From Candidatus Poribacteria bacterium (GTDB lineage Bacteria; Poribacteria; WGA-4E; PCPOR2b), in assembly GCA_965207095.1 (NCBI GenBank), contig CBDBMC010000001.1, positions 74,357 through 138,356 on the forward strand: a stretch of DNA of 64,000 nt, read 5' to 3'. Positions within the stretch are counted from its first letter, which is position 1. The number at the start of each line of letters is the position of its first letter. Positions 9,677 through 18,492 of the stretch are shown here, one piece after another. The position numbers were made by a program, and so were the translations under genes. Under the pieces are notes generated by a model that saw only the letters and a list, made by a program, of their open reading frames with translations, was not told where the DNA came from and searched no databases.

Positions 9677-9997
9677 TCACAATGCTATGACGCGCTCGGT
9701 ATCGTCCCACTGTGGCGATATGTGGATGCTCACCTCACAGTTGAGGCGTTCCAGAAACCGCATCAACCGTTCGACGCTATAGTAAGAAAGCTTGGCGGCT
9801 TTAAGGCGGGCAATTTCAGGTTGTTTCACGCCAAGTAACGCTGCCTCCGCCTGCGTTAGCCGGCGTTCGTCCAGGATACGGAAAATTTCTGCGCCTAACT
9901 GCGCTTTCAACAATTCTTCTTCAGCAACCTCATCAGGAAAGCCTAAATCCTTAAAAATGTTGCTGCTGCCCTGTTCAACCTTGATTTTATTACTCAT
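9677..9997 (-). CDS. HigA-like XRE-family HTH antitoxin
   Basis: 106 aa; NIFKDLGFPDE...LTQAEAALLGVKQPEIARL...LSYYSVERLMRFLERLN pattern of COG5606/HigA2-type antitoxins; start overlaps the stop of an upstream toxin-like remnant (ATGA overlap). Confidence 0.75.
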   Translation of the reverse strand: MSNKIKVEQGSSNIFKDLGFPDEVAEEELLKAQLGAEIFRILDERRLTQAEAALLGVKQPEIARLKAAKLSYYSVERLMRFLERLNCEVSIHISPQWDDTERVIAL

Positions 9998-10097
9998 TCT
10001 CTTCCATCTCCTTTGCTCGCCTTAATCTCCGTTTAATCAAATCAATTTCCTCCCTGATAGGAAGAAACCAGAAACCGGGTCCGTCCCCGCAATCAAT
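9990..10097 (-). pseudogene. 3-prime remnant (about 35 codons) of a RelE/HigB-like toxin gene overlapping the antitoxin start
   Basis: Reading frame ...WFLPIREEIDLIKRRLRRAKEMEENE* ends on the ATGA of the antitoxin; an upstream in-frame TAA leaves no start; a second copy of the same tail is at 11746-11880. Confidence 0.45.
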
Positions 10098-10282
10098 TTA
10101 TAAATTGAATGCACGACATACAGAGTCTAACTATTTCTAGTACGCCGACTGTAATTTTTCGATAGCATCCCCTCACTATAATATATGGCTGTTTACACCG
10201 CAGCTTCAGTAGAGAATCATCTTGAGGAGGTATGAACACGAAGGTAAAAAATTTAGCAAGAAATTCTGAAAATAACCAGAGC

Positions 10283-10311
10283 TTGACAAAACTTCTATCC
10301 CACGTTACAAT
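10283..10311 (+). promoter_or_regulatory. Putative sigma70-type promoter TTGACA-17-TACAAT for the tandem-repeat protein gene
   Basis: TTGACA 10283-10288, TACAAT 10306-10311; AAAGGGG SD before the ATG at 10390. Confidence 0.45.
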
Positions 10312-10389
10312 AAGGGATTATGCTGAAAACATGGTGTTGTCACAGCCACCGCGATTCACATTTCAAAATATAAGAAAGGGGTAATAATA

Positions 10390-11079
10390 ATGCACGAATC
10401 AACCAATCATATCAACGCCGTCCTTGCAGCATCTGCACGTTTAGCCGCAGACTCTGAAAAGCTAACAGAACCCAGCAATCATACCAATGCCGTCCTTGCA
10501 ATATCTGCACGTTTAACCGCAGACTTTGAAAAACTAACAGAACCCAGCAATCATCTCAAGTCCGCTCTTGCAGCATCTGCACGTTTAACCGCAGACTTTG
10601 AAAAACTAACAGAACCCAGCAATCATCTCAAGTCCGCTCTTGCAATATCTGCAGCATGTCTCACCGCAGACCTCGAAAAACTAGGAGAATCCCGTAATCA
10701 TCTCAAGTCCGCTCTTGCAGTATCTGCACGTTTCGCCGCAGACCTTCAGAGACTAAGCGAACCCAGCAATCATCTCAAGTCCGCCCTTGCAGTATCTGCA
10801 GCATGTCTCACCGCAGACCTCGAAAAACTAGGAGAATCCCGTAATCATTTCAAATCTGCCCTTGCAGAATCTGCACGTTTCGCCGCAGACCTTCAGAAAC
10901 TAAGAAACCCCAACAATCATTTCAAATGTGCCCTTGCAGAATCTGCACGTGCCGCTGCGACCTCTGAAAAAGCGCAAGAGCATCGAAACAATTACGTCGA
11001 GACCAACTACAATCGCGACTTAGCTTATCAGGATAAAGAAGAACCTGTGGACATGCCATCGAAGATTATAACAAGGTAG
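10390..11079 (+). CDS. Hypothetical protein built of about 9 tandem 20-aa repeats (EPSNHLKSALAVSARFAADLQKLS)
   Basis: 60-nt period at DNA level over 10405-10960; AT-rich relative to flanks; good promoter and SD. Confidence 0.55.
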   Translation: MHESTNHINAVLAASARLAADSEKLTEPSNHTNAVLAISARLTADFEKLTEPSNHLKSALAASARLTADFEKLTEPSNHLKSALAISAACLTADLEKLGESRNHLKSALAVSARFAADLQRLSEPSNHLKSALAVSAACLTADLEKLGESRNHFKSALAESARFAADLQKLRNPNNHFKCALAESARAAATSEKAQEHRNNYVETNYNRDLAYQDKEEPVDMPSKIITR

Positions 11080-11231
11080 TAATATCTGCTTTGGAATTAG
11101 GTAAGAATCTTATTGGAAACGAGTTAGCTTTTTCTGCAGGAAATCAGGAAACTTCAAGCAACACTACGTATATTGAGCAAATAAACATCACATTTAATAT
11201 TAAACACCTAACCCAGGGAGAAAGCTTTGAA

Positions 11232-11600
11232 ATGAAATCTGAAATATCTAATAGCCAAGTAGGCGTGTTGAACACAGGAGAGATGCAAGCTAAATCAATA
11301 ACTGGAAGCGTCTCCCCTTCGGTTGATCCCAACCAACATCAGATAGCGGAAGCACTCACAAGTTTAACGGAAGCAGTAAAAGCCAGCCAAAACATCTCGT
11401 CACAACAACAAACGGAAATTATAGAGCAATTAGAATTACTTAATGAACAAGCTAAATTAGCACCCTCTGAACGAAAAGTAGGTCTTATCAAGCCTATCTT
11501 ATCCACACTTTCCACTGCTCTCAGTGCAGGAGGCGGAGCAGCTGAGATATGGTCTCAGTGCGGTGATGCAATAAAGATTTTCTTTGGTATTCACGAGTAA
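11232..11600 (+). CDS. Hypothetical S/Q/T-rich protein (start uncertain; may be the frameshifted continuation of the upstream gene)
   Basis: ORF open from 11037; first ATG at 11232 preceded by GGGAG; different frame from 10390-11079. Confidence 0.3.
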   Translation: MKSEISNSQVGVLNTGEMQAKSITGSVSPSVDPNQHQIAEALTSLTEAVKASQNISSQQQTEIIEQLELLNEQAKLAPSERKVGLIKPILSTLSTALSAGGGAAEIWSQCGDAIKIFFGIHE

Positions 11601-11674
11601 AATTCAATCAATTGACGGATCTGCTTGAATCCGCGTCATCTCTTAATCCGTGACAATCCGCGATTCAGACGGTA

Positions 11675-11880
11675 TCTTCATCAAGGCAGTTATATGAAAA
11701 CGTACCTAATGCCGCCATTGAGAGAATATTGCTCATAAGCCGCTCTCCATCTCCTTCGCTCGCCTTAATCTCCGCTTAACCAAGTCAATCTCCTTCTTGG
11801 GTGTACTTATCCCACGTTGAAATTTCTGTCGCATTTCAGCTGCGCCTTCCGATAAAGCCCCGGCGGGGTGACAGGTGTAT
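11675..11880 (-). pseudogene. Second degraded copy of the toxin tail plus first codons of the HigA-like antitoxin
   Basis: ...KKEIDLVKRRLRRAKEMESGL* overlapping ATGA with a 23-codon MSNILSMAAL.. fragment; same DNA as the 9990-10060 junction. Confidence 0.4.
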
Positions 11881-11992
11881 TATACCTCGCCGGTGTCCAC
11901 CCAATCGAAGACGTATTTTGGATTATACAGAAACATCAAAACGCTTCAGAAACTCAAGATTATTGCTACTCTGAAGGTCTGACAAGTGAATG

Positions 11993-12970
11993 ATGTAACT
12001 CTTGATTGTTAATATAACGCAAGTTGCTAGATGTTTATTTAATGATGAGTGTAATCATAGTGGCAATGAGAAACAAAACCACTTTAATCTCAAATCCAGC
12101 GGCAGTCACTGCATGAATAGAACGATGGTAGCCGTTGGGTGCATTAGACCGTTTGTCACCTCCACCCGCTTGCGATACTGATGGTGTAGGTAAACTTGCC
12201 ATCGGTTTATATTGACGCTTACTGTTTTTCTTACGCAACGGTTTGAGCATAATACCGGCTTGGGACAAAGCAGTCCTCAGAATCCCATAATTACAATAGG
12301 CTCTATCTGCATGAACAACCGCTCCCTGAGGCAAATCAAACGGATAACACCGCAACCCCATCACATCACCAAAACTGCCCGGTGTTAAGAAAAACTCAAC
12401 CGGCACACCACGCTCAGTGACCATCAGATGCAGTTTGAGTCCATAGAAGTATCTACGTTTACTGGTTATCTTACCGCGCCACTCTTTACCTTGATACAGT
12501 TTTGCACTAGAGATACGAATTGGGTCACATGCTGGAACGGGATACGAGTCAATAGCATAGATTTGATGTGAGTTTTGTGCTTTACAGTTAGCGGCTATAG
12601 ATTCAAAAAGTATCTGAAACATCGGTGCAATTTGATGGAGTCTGCGGTTGAATCGTGCTTTACTGAGCATATTGGGAATATATCCCTGTTCTTTGAGTAG
12701 GTGTCGTGCCAGCTGTTGATTGCCACCGAACAGTTCTGCTGCCACTAAGGCGGTGGTCATTACTTCTGCGGCAGACATTTTGGTTCGTGGGTCATCTTGA
12801 TATCCGTGTTGAATTAACAGATCGTCACAAAGTGTATAAAATGCTACGATGACTAAGTCCATGGGATTCTCCTGTTTATGAGGTTTGTTGTCGCTAACAA
12901 ATACTCTAACGGAAATTCCATGGATATTCAAATAGCAACTTGCGTTAATATAATGGACGACAGCATCCAA
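11993..12970. mobile_element. IS982-family insertion sequence with about 21-bp imperfect terminal inverted repeats (TTAATATAACGCAAGTTGCTA)
   Basis: Left TIR 12009-12029, right TIR 12933-12953 in inverted orientation; single DDE transposase ORF inside; inserted into the RAYT gene. Confidence 0.75.
12035..12862 (-). CDS. IS982-family DDE transposase
   Basis: 275 aa from ATG 12862; N-terminus MDLVIVAFYTLCDDLL... is the typical IS982 start (ΦΦCxVDDF motif). Confidence 0.75.
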   Translation of the reverse strand: MDLVIVAFYTLCDDLLIQHGYQDDPRTKMSAAEVMTTALVAAELFGGNQQLARHLLKEQGYIPNMLSKARFNRRLHQIAPMFQILFESIAANCKAQNSHQIYAIDSYPVPACDPIRISSAKLYQGKEWRGKITSKRRYFYGLKLHLMVTERGVPVEFFLTPGSFGDVMGLRCYPFDLPQGAVVHADRAYCNYGILRTALSQAGIMLKPLRKKNSKRQYKPMASLPTPSVSQAGGGDKRSNAPNGYHRSIHAVTAAGFEIKVVLFLIATMITLIIK

Positions 12971-13297
12971 CTGAGAATGTACATACGAGAACGCTGCAGT
13001 AAGCCTCCCTGCCATTCAAATCTACCGACAACCGCATCCCTTTCTGTTAATCCATTTTGACGAATTTGTTTTGATATCTCTCACCAAGTCAGAAATCGCA
13101 ATGTCGGGTGTGATACCTACAAGGATATGAAGGTGATCTGGCATTGAATTAATCCGAATTACTGTCTGCTTTTTATGGGTGATAATGCGGGTAACATATT
13201 GGTGAAGTGCCTCTTTGTGCTGTTTGGGAATGAGGGATTGCCTGCCTTTGACAGCAAAAATAATGTGTATGTAAAGTTGGGTATAGGTATCAGCCAT
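12958..13297 (-). pseudogene. REP-associated tyrosine transposase (RAYT / IS200-like Y1 TnpA), frameshifted and truncated by the IS982 insertion
   Basis: MADTYTQLYIHIIFAVKGRQ...MPDHLHILVGI...SSKWINRK then a +1 shift into ...GRFEWQGG (RAYT KFEWQEGYGAFS motif) which runs into the IS982 TIR; REP doublet immediately 5-prime. Confidence 0.7.
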
Positions 13298-13315
13298 GAC
13301 TTTTGTGTGGGTCAC

Positions 13316-13385
13316 CTGTCGCCCCGCTGGGGCTTGGGAGATTTTGTTATCCCGTGTGCTCAATAAACATATCGCCCCGCTGGGG
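13316..13385. repeat. REP doublet (GTCGCCCCGCTGGGGC x2, 34-nt spacer ending AATAAAC) abutting the RAYT 5-prime end
   Basis: Copies at about 13316-13333 and 13367-13385. Confidence 0.85.
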
Positions 13386-13604
13386 CTATGTTGGTTCATT
13401 AGTCCATCAGTTTATTGGTGCAATTAATGAACCTTTGAGGCTACAGCATATTAATTTGAATCCCAAGCATCGGGATGGCGTATGCCTATCACTAACACCT
13501 TGGTTTCTATAGATTCGTGCTCATTCGTGCAGATTCACGGACGCCTTACGCCCTCTTCTTACCTGAACTTCCGTGACGTTGTTTCGTGCAGGATTGGTTC
13601 ACCT

Positions 13605-13672
13605 GTCGCCCCGCTGGGGCTTTCATTACTAGGGGATTTCACTTTTCTATAAACATGCCGCCCCGCTGGGGC
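13605..13672. repeat. REP doublet
   Basis: Copies at about 13605-13621 and 13655-13672, spacer ends CTATAAAC. Confidence 0.85.
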
Positions 13673-13847
13673 TAAATACACTAAAAATTCAGGGGGCAGC
13701 AGCCATCGTAGGGGCTTGGTTTCCAAGCCCATCGGGTTGGGTTACCCAACCCCTACGCCTCTCGCCCTCTCGTTTTTCCGTCTTCTCCGCTTTCCTCCGT
13801 GTTCTCCGTATAATCTTCTCAATCCGCGATTCAGACAAAAAGTCCAG

Positions 13848-15572
13848 CTATTTTCTGTGCCCTGACCGCAATCTTTCGGTTTCCGTCTCGTCCACCGTCC
13901 AACTCTTCCGATCAATCACTACACGGTAGACCGCCCGCGCCCGCTCAAGGCTCACCTTCCCCTCATGCACATCCCGCAGCACCAACTGCGGATCCCGTTC
14001 CGCAGCGGGACCGTATCCACCACCCCCACACGACTGCACCCGCACCATATCCCCCGGCTTCAGTTGGACGGTAACTTTTGAGCCAAGCTTGGTCGCTTCA
14101 GCGTCGGGGTTGAGTGTGTAACGCGCAATCTCTCCGTCCTCGCCGCCGAAAAGCCCCCAAGGTCCCCACTTGTCCCGATCCGCCAAGATAGTGAACGAAA
14201 CCTCATGGTCAAAGCAATAATCCCGCTGCAACCCAAGCCCACCGCGATATTTTCCTGCGCCGTCCGAATCATCGACCAACTCGTAACGGGCGATGTGTAC
14301 CGGGTAATTGATCTCCGTCTCTTCAATGGGTGCGTTCTCGGTGTTCTGCCCGTGACACTGCACCGCATCGGGTCCATCGCTGGCAACGCGCCCACCGTAT
14401 CCGCCAGCCATCGTCTCGTAATAGGCGTACAGCTCACCCGTGCGCGGCGAGGTGCCCCCGAACCCCATCTGGCACATCATCGCTTTTGTTCCGGCTGGAA
14501 TGCGGTCAGGGATGGCGGGCGCAAGCGCTTTGAGCAGGACATCGTTCAGCCGAATCTGCGTCTCCCAGCCACCGACGACAGGGAATGGCGGGGCGCAGTT
14601 GACCACTGTGCCTAGCGGTGCATCTATCTGAACCAACCGGTAGAAACCCGCGTTGACAGGTATATCGGGGTCGATCAGGCTTTTTAGGACATAGGCGCAG
14701 GCGGAAAAGGTCTGGGCATAGGTGGAGTTGACGGGTGCCCGCCGTTGGGGTTCGGAACCGTTCAGATCGAAAAGTACACCATCGTCATTGATGACTAATT
14801 TCCCCACAAGGTGCACCGGCTCATCGGTGTAGCCGTCGTTGTCGACATAGCCGTCGGCGGTGAAGACCCCTTGGGGCAGCTTGGCAATTTCTGCGCGTGT
14901 CCGACGCTCTGTATAGGCGAGCAGTTGGTCGATATAGAAGCTAACCGTTTCGGCTCCCATCCGATCGAGCAGCGCGGTCAACCGGCGCACCCCGGTATTG
15001 TTGGAAGCGACCTGCGCTCGAAAGTCGCCCGCGGTCTCGTGTTTGGATCGGATCTGTGCCAACACAAGCCGAAAAACGTCCGGATCAATCTCCCCGCCCT
15101 CCACCATCTTCACGGCAGAGATGATGACCCCCTCCTGAAAAACCTCACGGAACGCCCCGATACTCGCGGGCGCACCGCCGCCTACGTCCACATGGTGCGC
15201 GAGGTTAGCGACATAGCCGAAAAGTTCGTCCTTGTAATATACGGGTGATATAAGGGTGATGTCGTTGAGGTGGACGCCGCCGAGATAGGGATCGTTGGAG
15301 AGAATCGCGTCGCCGGGACCTAAGTTCTCCGGTCCGTATTCCCGGATAACCCGCGGGACAGACTGAGAGAGAGAGCCGAGATGTACTGGCTGCGTGAATG
15401 ACTGCGCGACAGGCTGCAATTCCCTGTCGAAGAAGGCGCACGAGAAATCGGCGCGGGTCTTGATGTTGGTCGAATAGGCGCTACGGCGGAGTGCGATGGT
15501 CATCTCCTCCGTAGCCTCGATCAGCGCATTACGGATAACTTCAAACTTGATTGGATCGAATGTTGGGCTCAT
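13848..15572 (-). CDS. Hydantoinase B / oxoprolinase-family protein (HyuB-like), paralog 1
   Basis: 574 aa; DPIKFEVIRNALIEATEEMTIALRRSAYSTNIKTRADFSCAFFD...HLGSL matches PF02538. Confidence 0.85.
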   Translation of the reverse strand: MSPTFDPIKFEVIRNALIEATEEMTIALRRSAYSTNIKTRADFSCAFFDRELQPVAQSFTQPVHLGSLSQSVPRVIREYGPENLGPGDAILSNDPYLGGVHLNDITLISPVYYKDELFGYVANLAHHVDVGGGAPASIGAFREVFQEGVIISAVKMVEGGEIDPDVFRLVLAQIRSKHETAGDFRAQVASNNTGVRRLTALLDRMGAETVSFYIDQLLAYTERRTRAEIAKLPQGVFTADGYVDNDGYTDEPVHLVGKLVINDDGVLFDLNGSEPQRRAPVNSTYAQTFSACAYVLKSLIDPDIPVNAGFYRLVQIDAPLGTVVNCAPPFPVVGGWETQIRLNDVLLKALAPAIPDRIPAGTKAMMCQMGFGGTSPRTGELYAYYETMAGGYGGRVASDGPDAVQCHGQNTENAPIEETEINYPVHIARYELVDDSDGAGKYRGGLGLQRDYCFDHEVSFTILADRDKWGPWGLFGGEDGEIARYTLNPDAEATKLGSKVTVQLKPGDMVRVQSCGGGGYGPAAERDPQLVLRDVHEGKVSLERARAVYRVVIDRKSWTVDETETERLRSGHRK

Positions 15573-15595
15573 AATTTCTCTTAACCAAAATTGCT

Positions 15596-15880
15596 AATGT
15601 AGCGCAAACTGTTAGTTTGCGAGATGGATCACAATCTAACAGATTATGCTACAAAAGATCGTTCTCAGGGGATAATTTCTTGAAAACGAGCCTCCCCGAT
15701 GAAAAACGAGTTGAGTTTCACTTTATCTGTCCATAAGCAGGTGGTGTTGGACGGCCGAGCCTCTGCTGGACTTGATAGGGATTTACGTTTAACCGTTCAA
15801 CCCAACCTACGAACTGTTAGTTTGCGATATGGATCACAATCTAACAGGTTGTGGTACAAAAGATCACTGTTATCTTCTTA
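15596..15880. repeat. Two about 65-bp direct repeats (15596-15665, 15812-15880) with nested palindromes GCAAACTGTTAGTTTGC / CTGTTAG..CTAACAG in the 5-prime leader of hyuB paralog 1
   Basis: Seen directly; about 90% identical copies 216 bp apart. Confidence 0.6.
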
Positions 15881-16215
15881 AAGACTTCTCTGATGAAAAA
15901 CTAAGTGCGGTGTCGAGATATGAATCTCGACCTACACACAACAGACCGACAATTACCCCGGTGGTTTAGAACAGATGGAACGGAGATCTCCGTTCCCTAC
16001 GAATGGCTCGGTTCTGTGGACCGGTAGAGGTTTTCATAGTGAACAGCGATCGTTGTTCACTACAACTACCGCAAAATGTCAACACGCTCTAGGTATTGAA
16101 AATCTATCAGTCTTCTCGTAGGGGCGAGCTCTCCTCGCCCATCAACTCCTTCCCTTTCTCCCTAGAGGAACGCGATGTAATAGAGTCTACCAGTTCAATG
16201 AACCAATGAACCAAT

Positions 16216-16701
16216 TCATTCTACTCGGCGAAACGCCAACCGCTCACCGACAAATCCCTCACGCCAGATGCTGGTACACGCCTCCGCCATTTCTTCAAGG
16301 TTTTCCGTAACCTCAGCGAATCGGTTACCGGGGACGGGTCCCATCGTGGGTGAGAAGATTAAATTGTCCCGTCCGTAGAAGATCGCAAGGTCTACCATGC
16401 CCGTGTCGTAGGCAACCTCTCGCACCGATGGAAGGGTAATGGTGCCGGGCGGAAAGTAGAAGTAGAGCAGGTCGCCGGGGATTGGCATAATTGTCGGATT
16501 TTCGAGACCGATTTCGCTCGGTGCGAAAGGTGGGACCAGACAATAAACTTCGTTGCTCGCGTATTTGGCATGAAAGGCATCGTTTTCCTGGGGCAGTGCA
16601 TTCCATACCGCCTCGCACGTCTTCGGTGCCAGGTCGTCAAGCATCCGCGCAACACAACTGACGCCACGTTTTCTAAGGGTCACTTCAATATATCGATCCA
16701 T
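16216..16701 (-). CDS. Hypothetical protein, possibly DUF3830/cyclophilin-like fold
   Basis: 161 aa from MDRYIEVTL; weak family recall only. Confidence 0.4.
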   Translation of the reverse strand: MDRYIEVTLRKRGVSCVARMLDDLAPKTCEAVWNALPQENDAFHAKYASNEVYCLVPPFAPSEIGLENPTIMPIPGDLLYFYFPPGTITLPSVREVAYDTGMVDLAIFYGRDNLIFSPTMGPVPGNRFAEVTENLEEMAEACTSIWREGFVGERLAFRRVE

Positions 16702-16853
16702 TTTAGTCTCCTTGAATTTATATGTTGGTTCATTAGGCTCTGTTGACATTTCATTGTAACCAGTCAATCAAGAGGGTGTGCAGCCGTATGATTCGCCGTA
16801 GGGGTTGGGTCTCCCAACCCTTTGTTCACACGTCAGAGACGATTTCCGGCTTG

Positions 16854-16911
16854 CTGTAGGTCGATTTTCCAAAATCGACGTTTCAGCGTCGAGATGTGAA
16901 TCTCGACCTAT
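16854..16911. repeat. Hairpin element family E (CTGTAGG..GTCGAGATGTGAATCTCGAC..)
   Basis: Related copies at 15908-15935 and 48023-48082. Confidence 0.6.
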
Positions 16912-17059
16912 GCCGTTCCGAGCATCCCGATGAATCGGGACAATCTACAATCAATTCAACCTGTACGGTTTAGGGGATCTAACCCGTATTGTTCAATGGG
17001 CGAGGGAACCTCGCCCCTACGATTACGGATACATCTCATATAAATGTCAACACGCCCTA

Positions 17060-17290
17060 GTACACTGTCAGGCAAGTTTTGTAATTATTATATATTAGGA
17101 CTTACGCCGCTGAAGGGTCAAAGCCCTGTAGTTCGGCGATTTATCGCCGCATCACACTCTTTCCAACGCCCGATGAATCCCCGATTGATCGGGACAGGCG
17201 GGCAACTACAGGCTAAAGTGCGTAAATCCTGTATATGTTACCGTTTGCTTTCAATCAATATACACAACCATAATTTGCCTGACAGTGTAC
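17060..17290. mobile_element. MITE with 16-bp TIRs GTACACTGTCAGGCAA / TTGCCTGACAGTGTAC, flanked by TAG/CTAG
   Basis: Related copies at 21901-22065 and 50718-50949 sharing the right 60 bp; the ORF-track ORF 17044-17301 is an artefact of this element. Confidence 0.75.
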
Positions 17291-17326
17291 CAGTTCATTA
17301 GTTCAAGAGTTCATTAATAAACCAAC

Positions 17327-17370
17327 TTACGCATCACGTTTTACGCATCACGTTTCACGCATCACGTTCC
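17327..17370. repeat. Three tandem 13-mers ACGCATCACGTTT overlapping the 3-prime end of the racemase gene
   Basis: The same ACGCATCACGTT unit occurs at gene 3-prime ends at 32262, 51525, 58520 and 62975. Confidence 0.6.
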
Positions 17371-18086
17371 ACCGCCATCAGTCGTCCTAAATTGGACTGT
17401 GGCGTTAAGTGGTTTGTGAGGCGCAAAGCTTCCCACATCGTCACCTGATTCGCCGTTAGCACCGTTTTGCCAACCGCCGTTTCAAGTTCGGGCAGAAAAT
17501 CGACGGTGTGCAACGCGGTGTCGGGGATAAGCACCGCCTCAGCGTCGGAATGGTCGTTGGCACACGCAAAGCGTAACACCTCGTCGCGTTCAATCAGCGC
17601 GACCTCATCACCGGTCCAGACGCCGAGACATCCCATGTGAACGACCTCAACGCCACCTGTCTCCAGAAAAGAGCGAAAGGCGTTTGACAGTTCTTCAGGG
17701 TAAGTTGCAGCGACAGCAACGCGTTTCAGTCCGAGTGCTTGGCAAGCAGTGAGAAACGCCAACGATGTACTCGATGCCGGTACACCGAGCGCATCGACCA
17801 GATCCTGTGCTTGACGCTGCGCTCCTTCTACACCAAACGCAAAACTCGCACTGGTGCACGCCCATAAACAGACGGCGACGTTGTGAGGACGCAGCTCATC
17901 CGCACCCGCCAACAGGTATTCCCGACTGCCAGTGACAAGGCTCTCGTCGATCCGATGCAGGTTTGGGCTATCGGTATGCACCACCTGAACCTCGACCGGG
18001 GGCTGCAACGCAGCAGCGAGGCGTGGATAGTCGTCCTCCGCGGAGTAAAGGGGGTAGAGGATGCCAATTTTTAGCTTGTTTTCCAT
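17355..18086 (-). CDS. Asp/Glu/hydantoin racemase-family protein (arylmalonate decarboxylase / maleate isomerase-like)
   Basis: 243 aa; IGILYPL...TSASF...KRVAVAATYPEE...GGVEVVHMGCLG two-half Cys-containing fold pattern. Confidence 0.65.
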   Translation of the reverse strand: MENKLKIGILYPLYSAEDDYPRLAAALQPPVEVQVVHTDSPNLHRIDESLVTGSREYLLAGADELRPHNVAVCLWACTSASFAFGVEGAQRQAQDLVDALGVPASSTSLAFLTACQALGLKRVAVAATYPEELSNAFRSFLETGGVEVVHMGCLGVWTGDEVALIERDEVLRFACANDHSDAEAVLIPDTALHTVDFLPELETAVGKTVLTANQVTMWEALRLTNHLTPQSNLGRLMAVERDA

Positions 18087-18131
18087 CTGGTTGTCTCAGT
18101 CAAAGTTAATTATGGTAGATTTTAGAATTAC

Positions 18132-18385
18132 TTAGAGCCTGTTTTAAAAGTGAAACGGTCATCTTTAGGAAGTTGTTCACATGTCGCCCCTCTGGGGCTT
18201 AGGTTGTTTATTTGTCCTGTATTCTATAAACATGTCGCCCCGCTGGGGCTAAGCATCTGTTTTAAGAGTAGATGAAACGGTCATCTTTTGCCATTCTAGG
18301 GGCACAATCAACCGATTTTGAGAGTATTTACCCGTAAAATGACAACTTTCAGAGATTATCCCGATTTATCGGGACAGGTTCTTAG
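18132..18385. repeat. Composite REP-bearing element, family A; REP copies 18181-18200 (variant GCCCCTCTGGGGC) and 18232-18250
   Basis: As other family A copies. Confidence 0.85.
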
Positions 18386-18492
18386 ACATTCCCAACGCAC
18401 AGGTAACCCCCTAAATCGCCCTTTTCAGGGGGACTTTACAAACTGCGGAGCTATTGTAAATATCTACTTATTTCTCTAACTTACCATAAACC

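Noticed and set aside
12862-13015. Longer IS982 transposase model starting at the first ATG of the ORF (13015)
   Set aside because: The extra 51 codons run through the IS terminal repeat into RAYT sequence. The conserved IS982 N-terminus (MDLVIVAFYTLCDD) begins at 12862.
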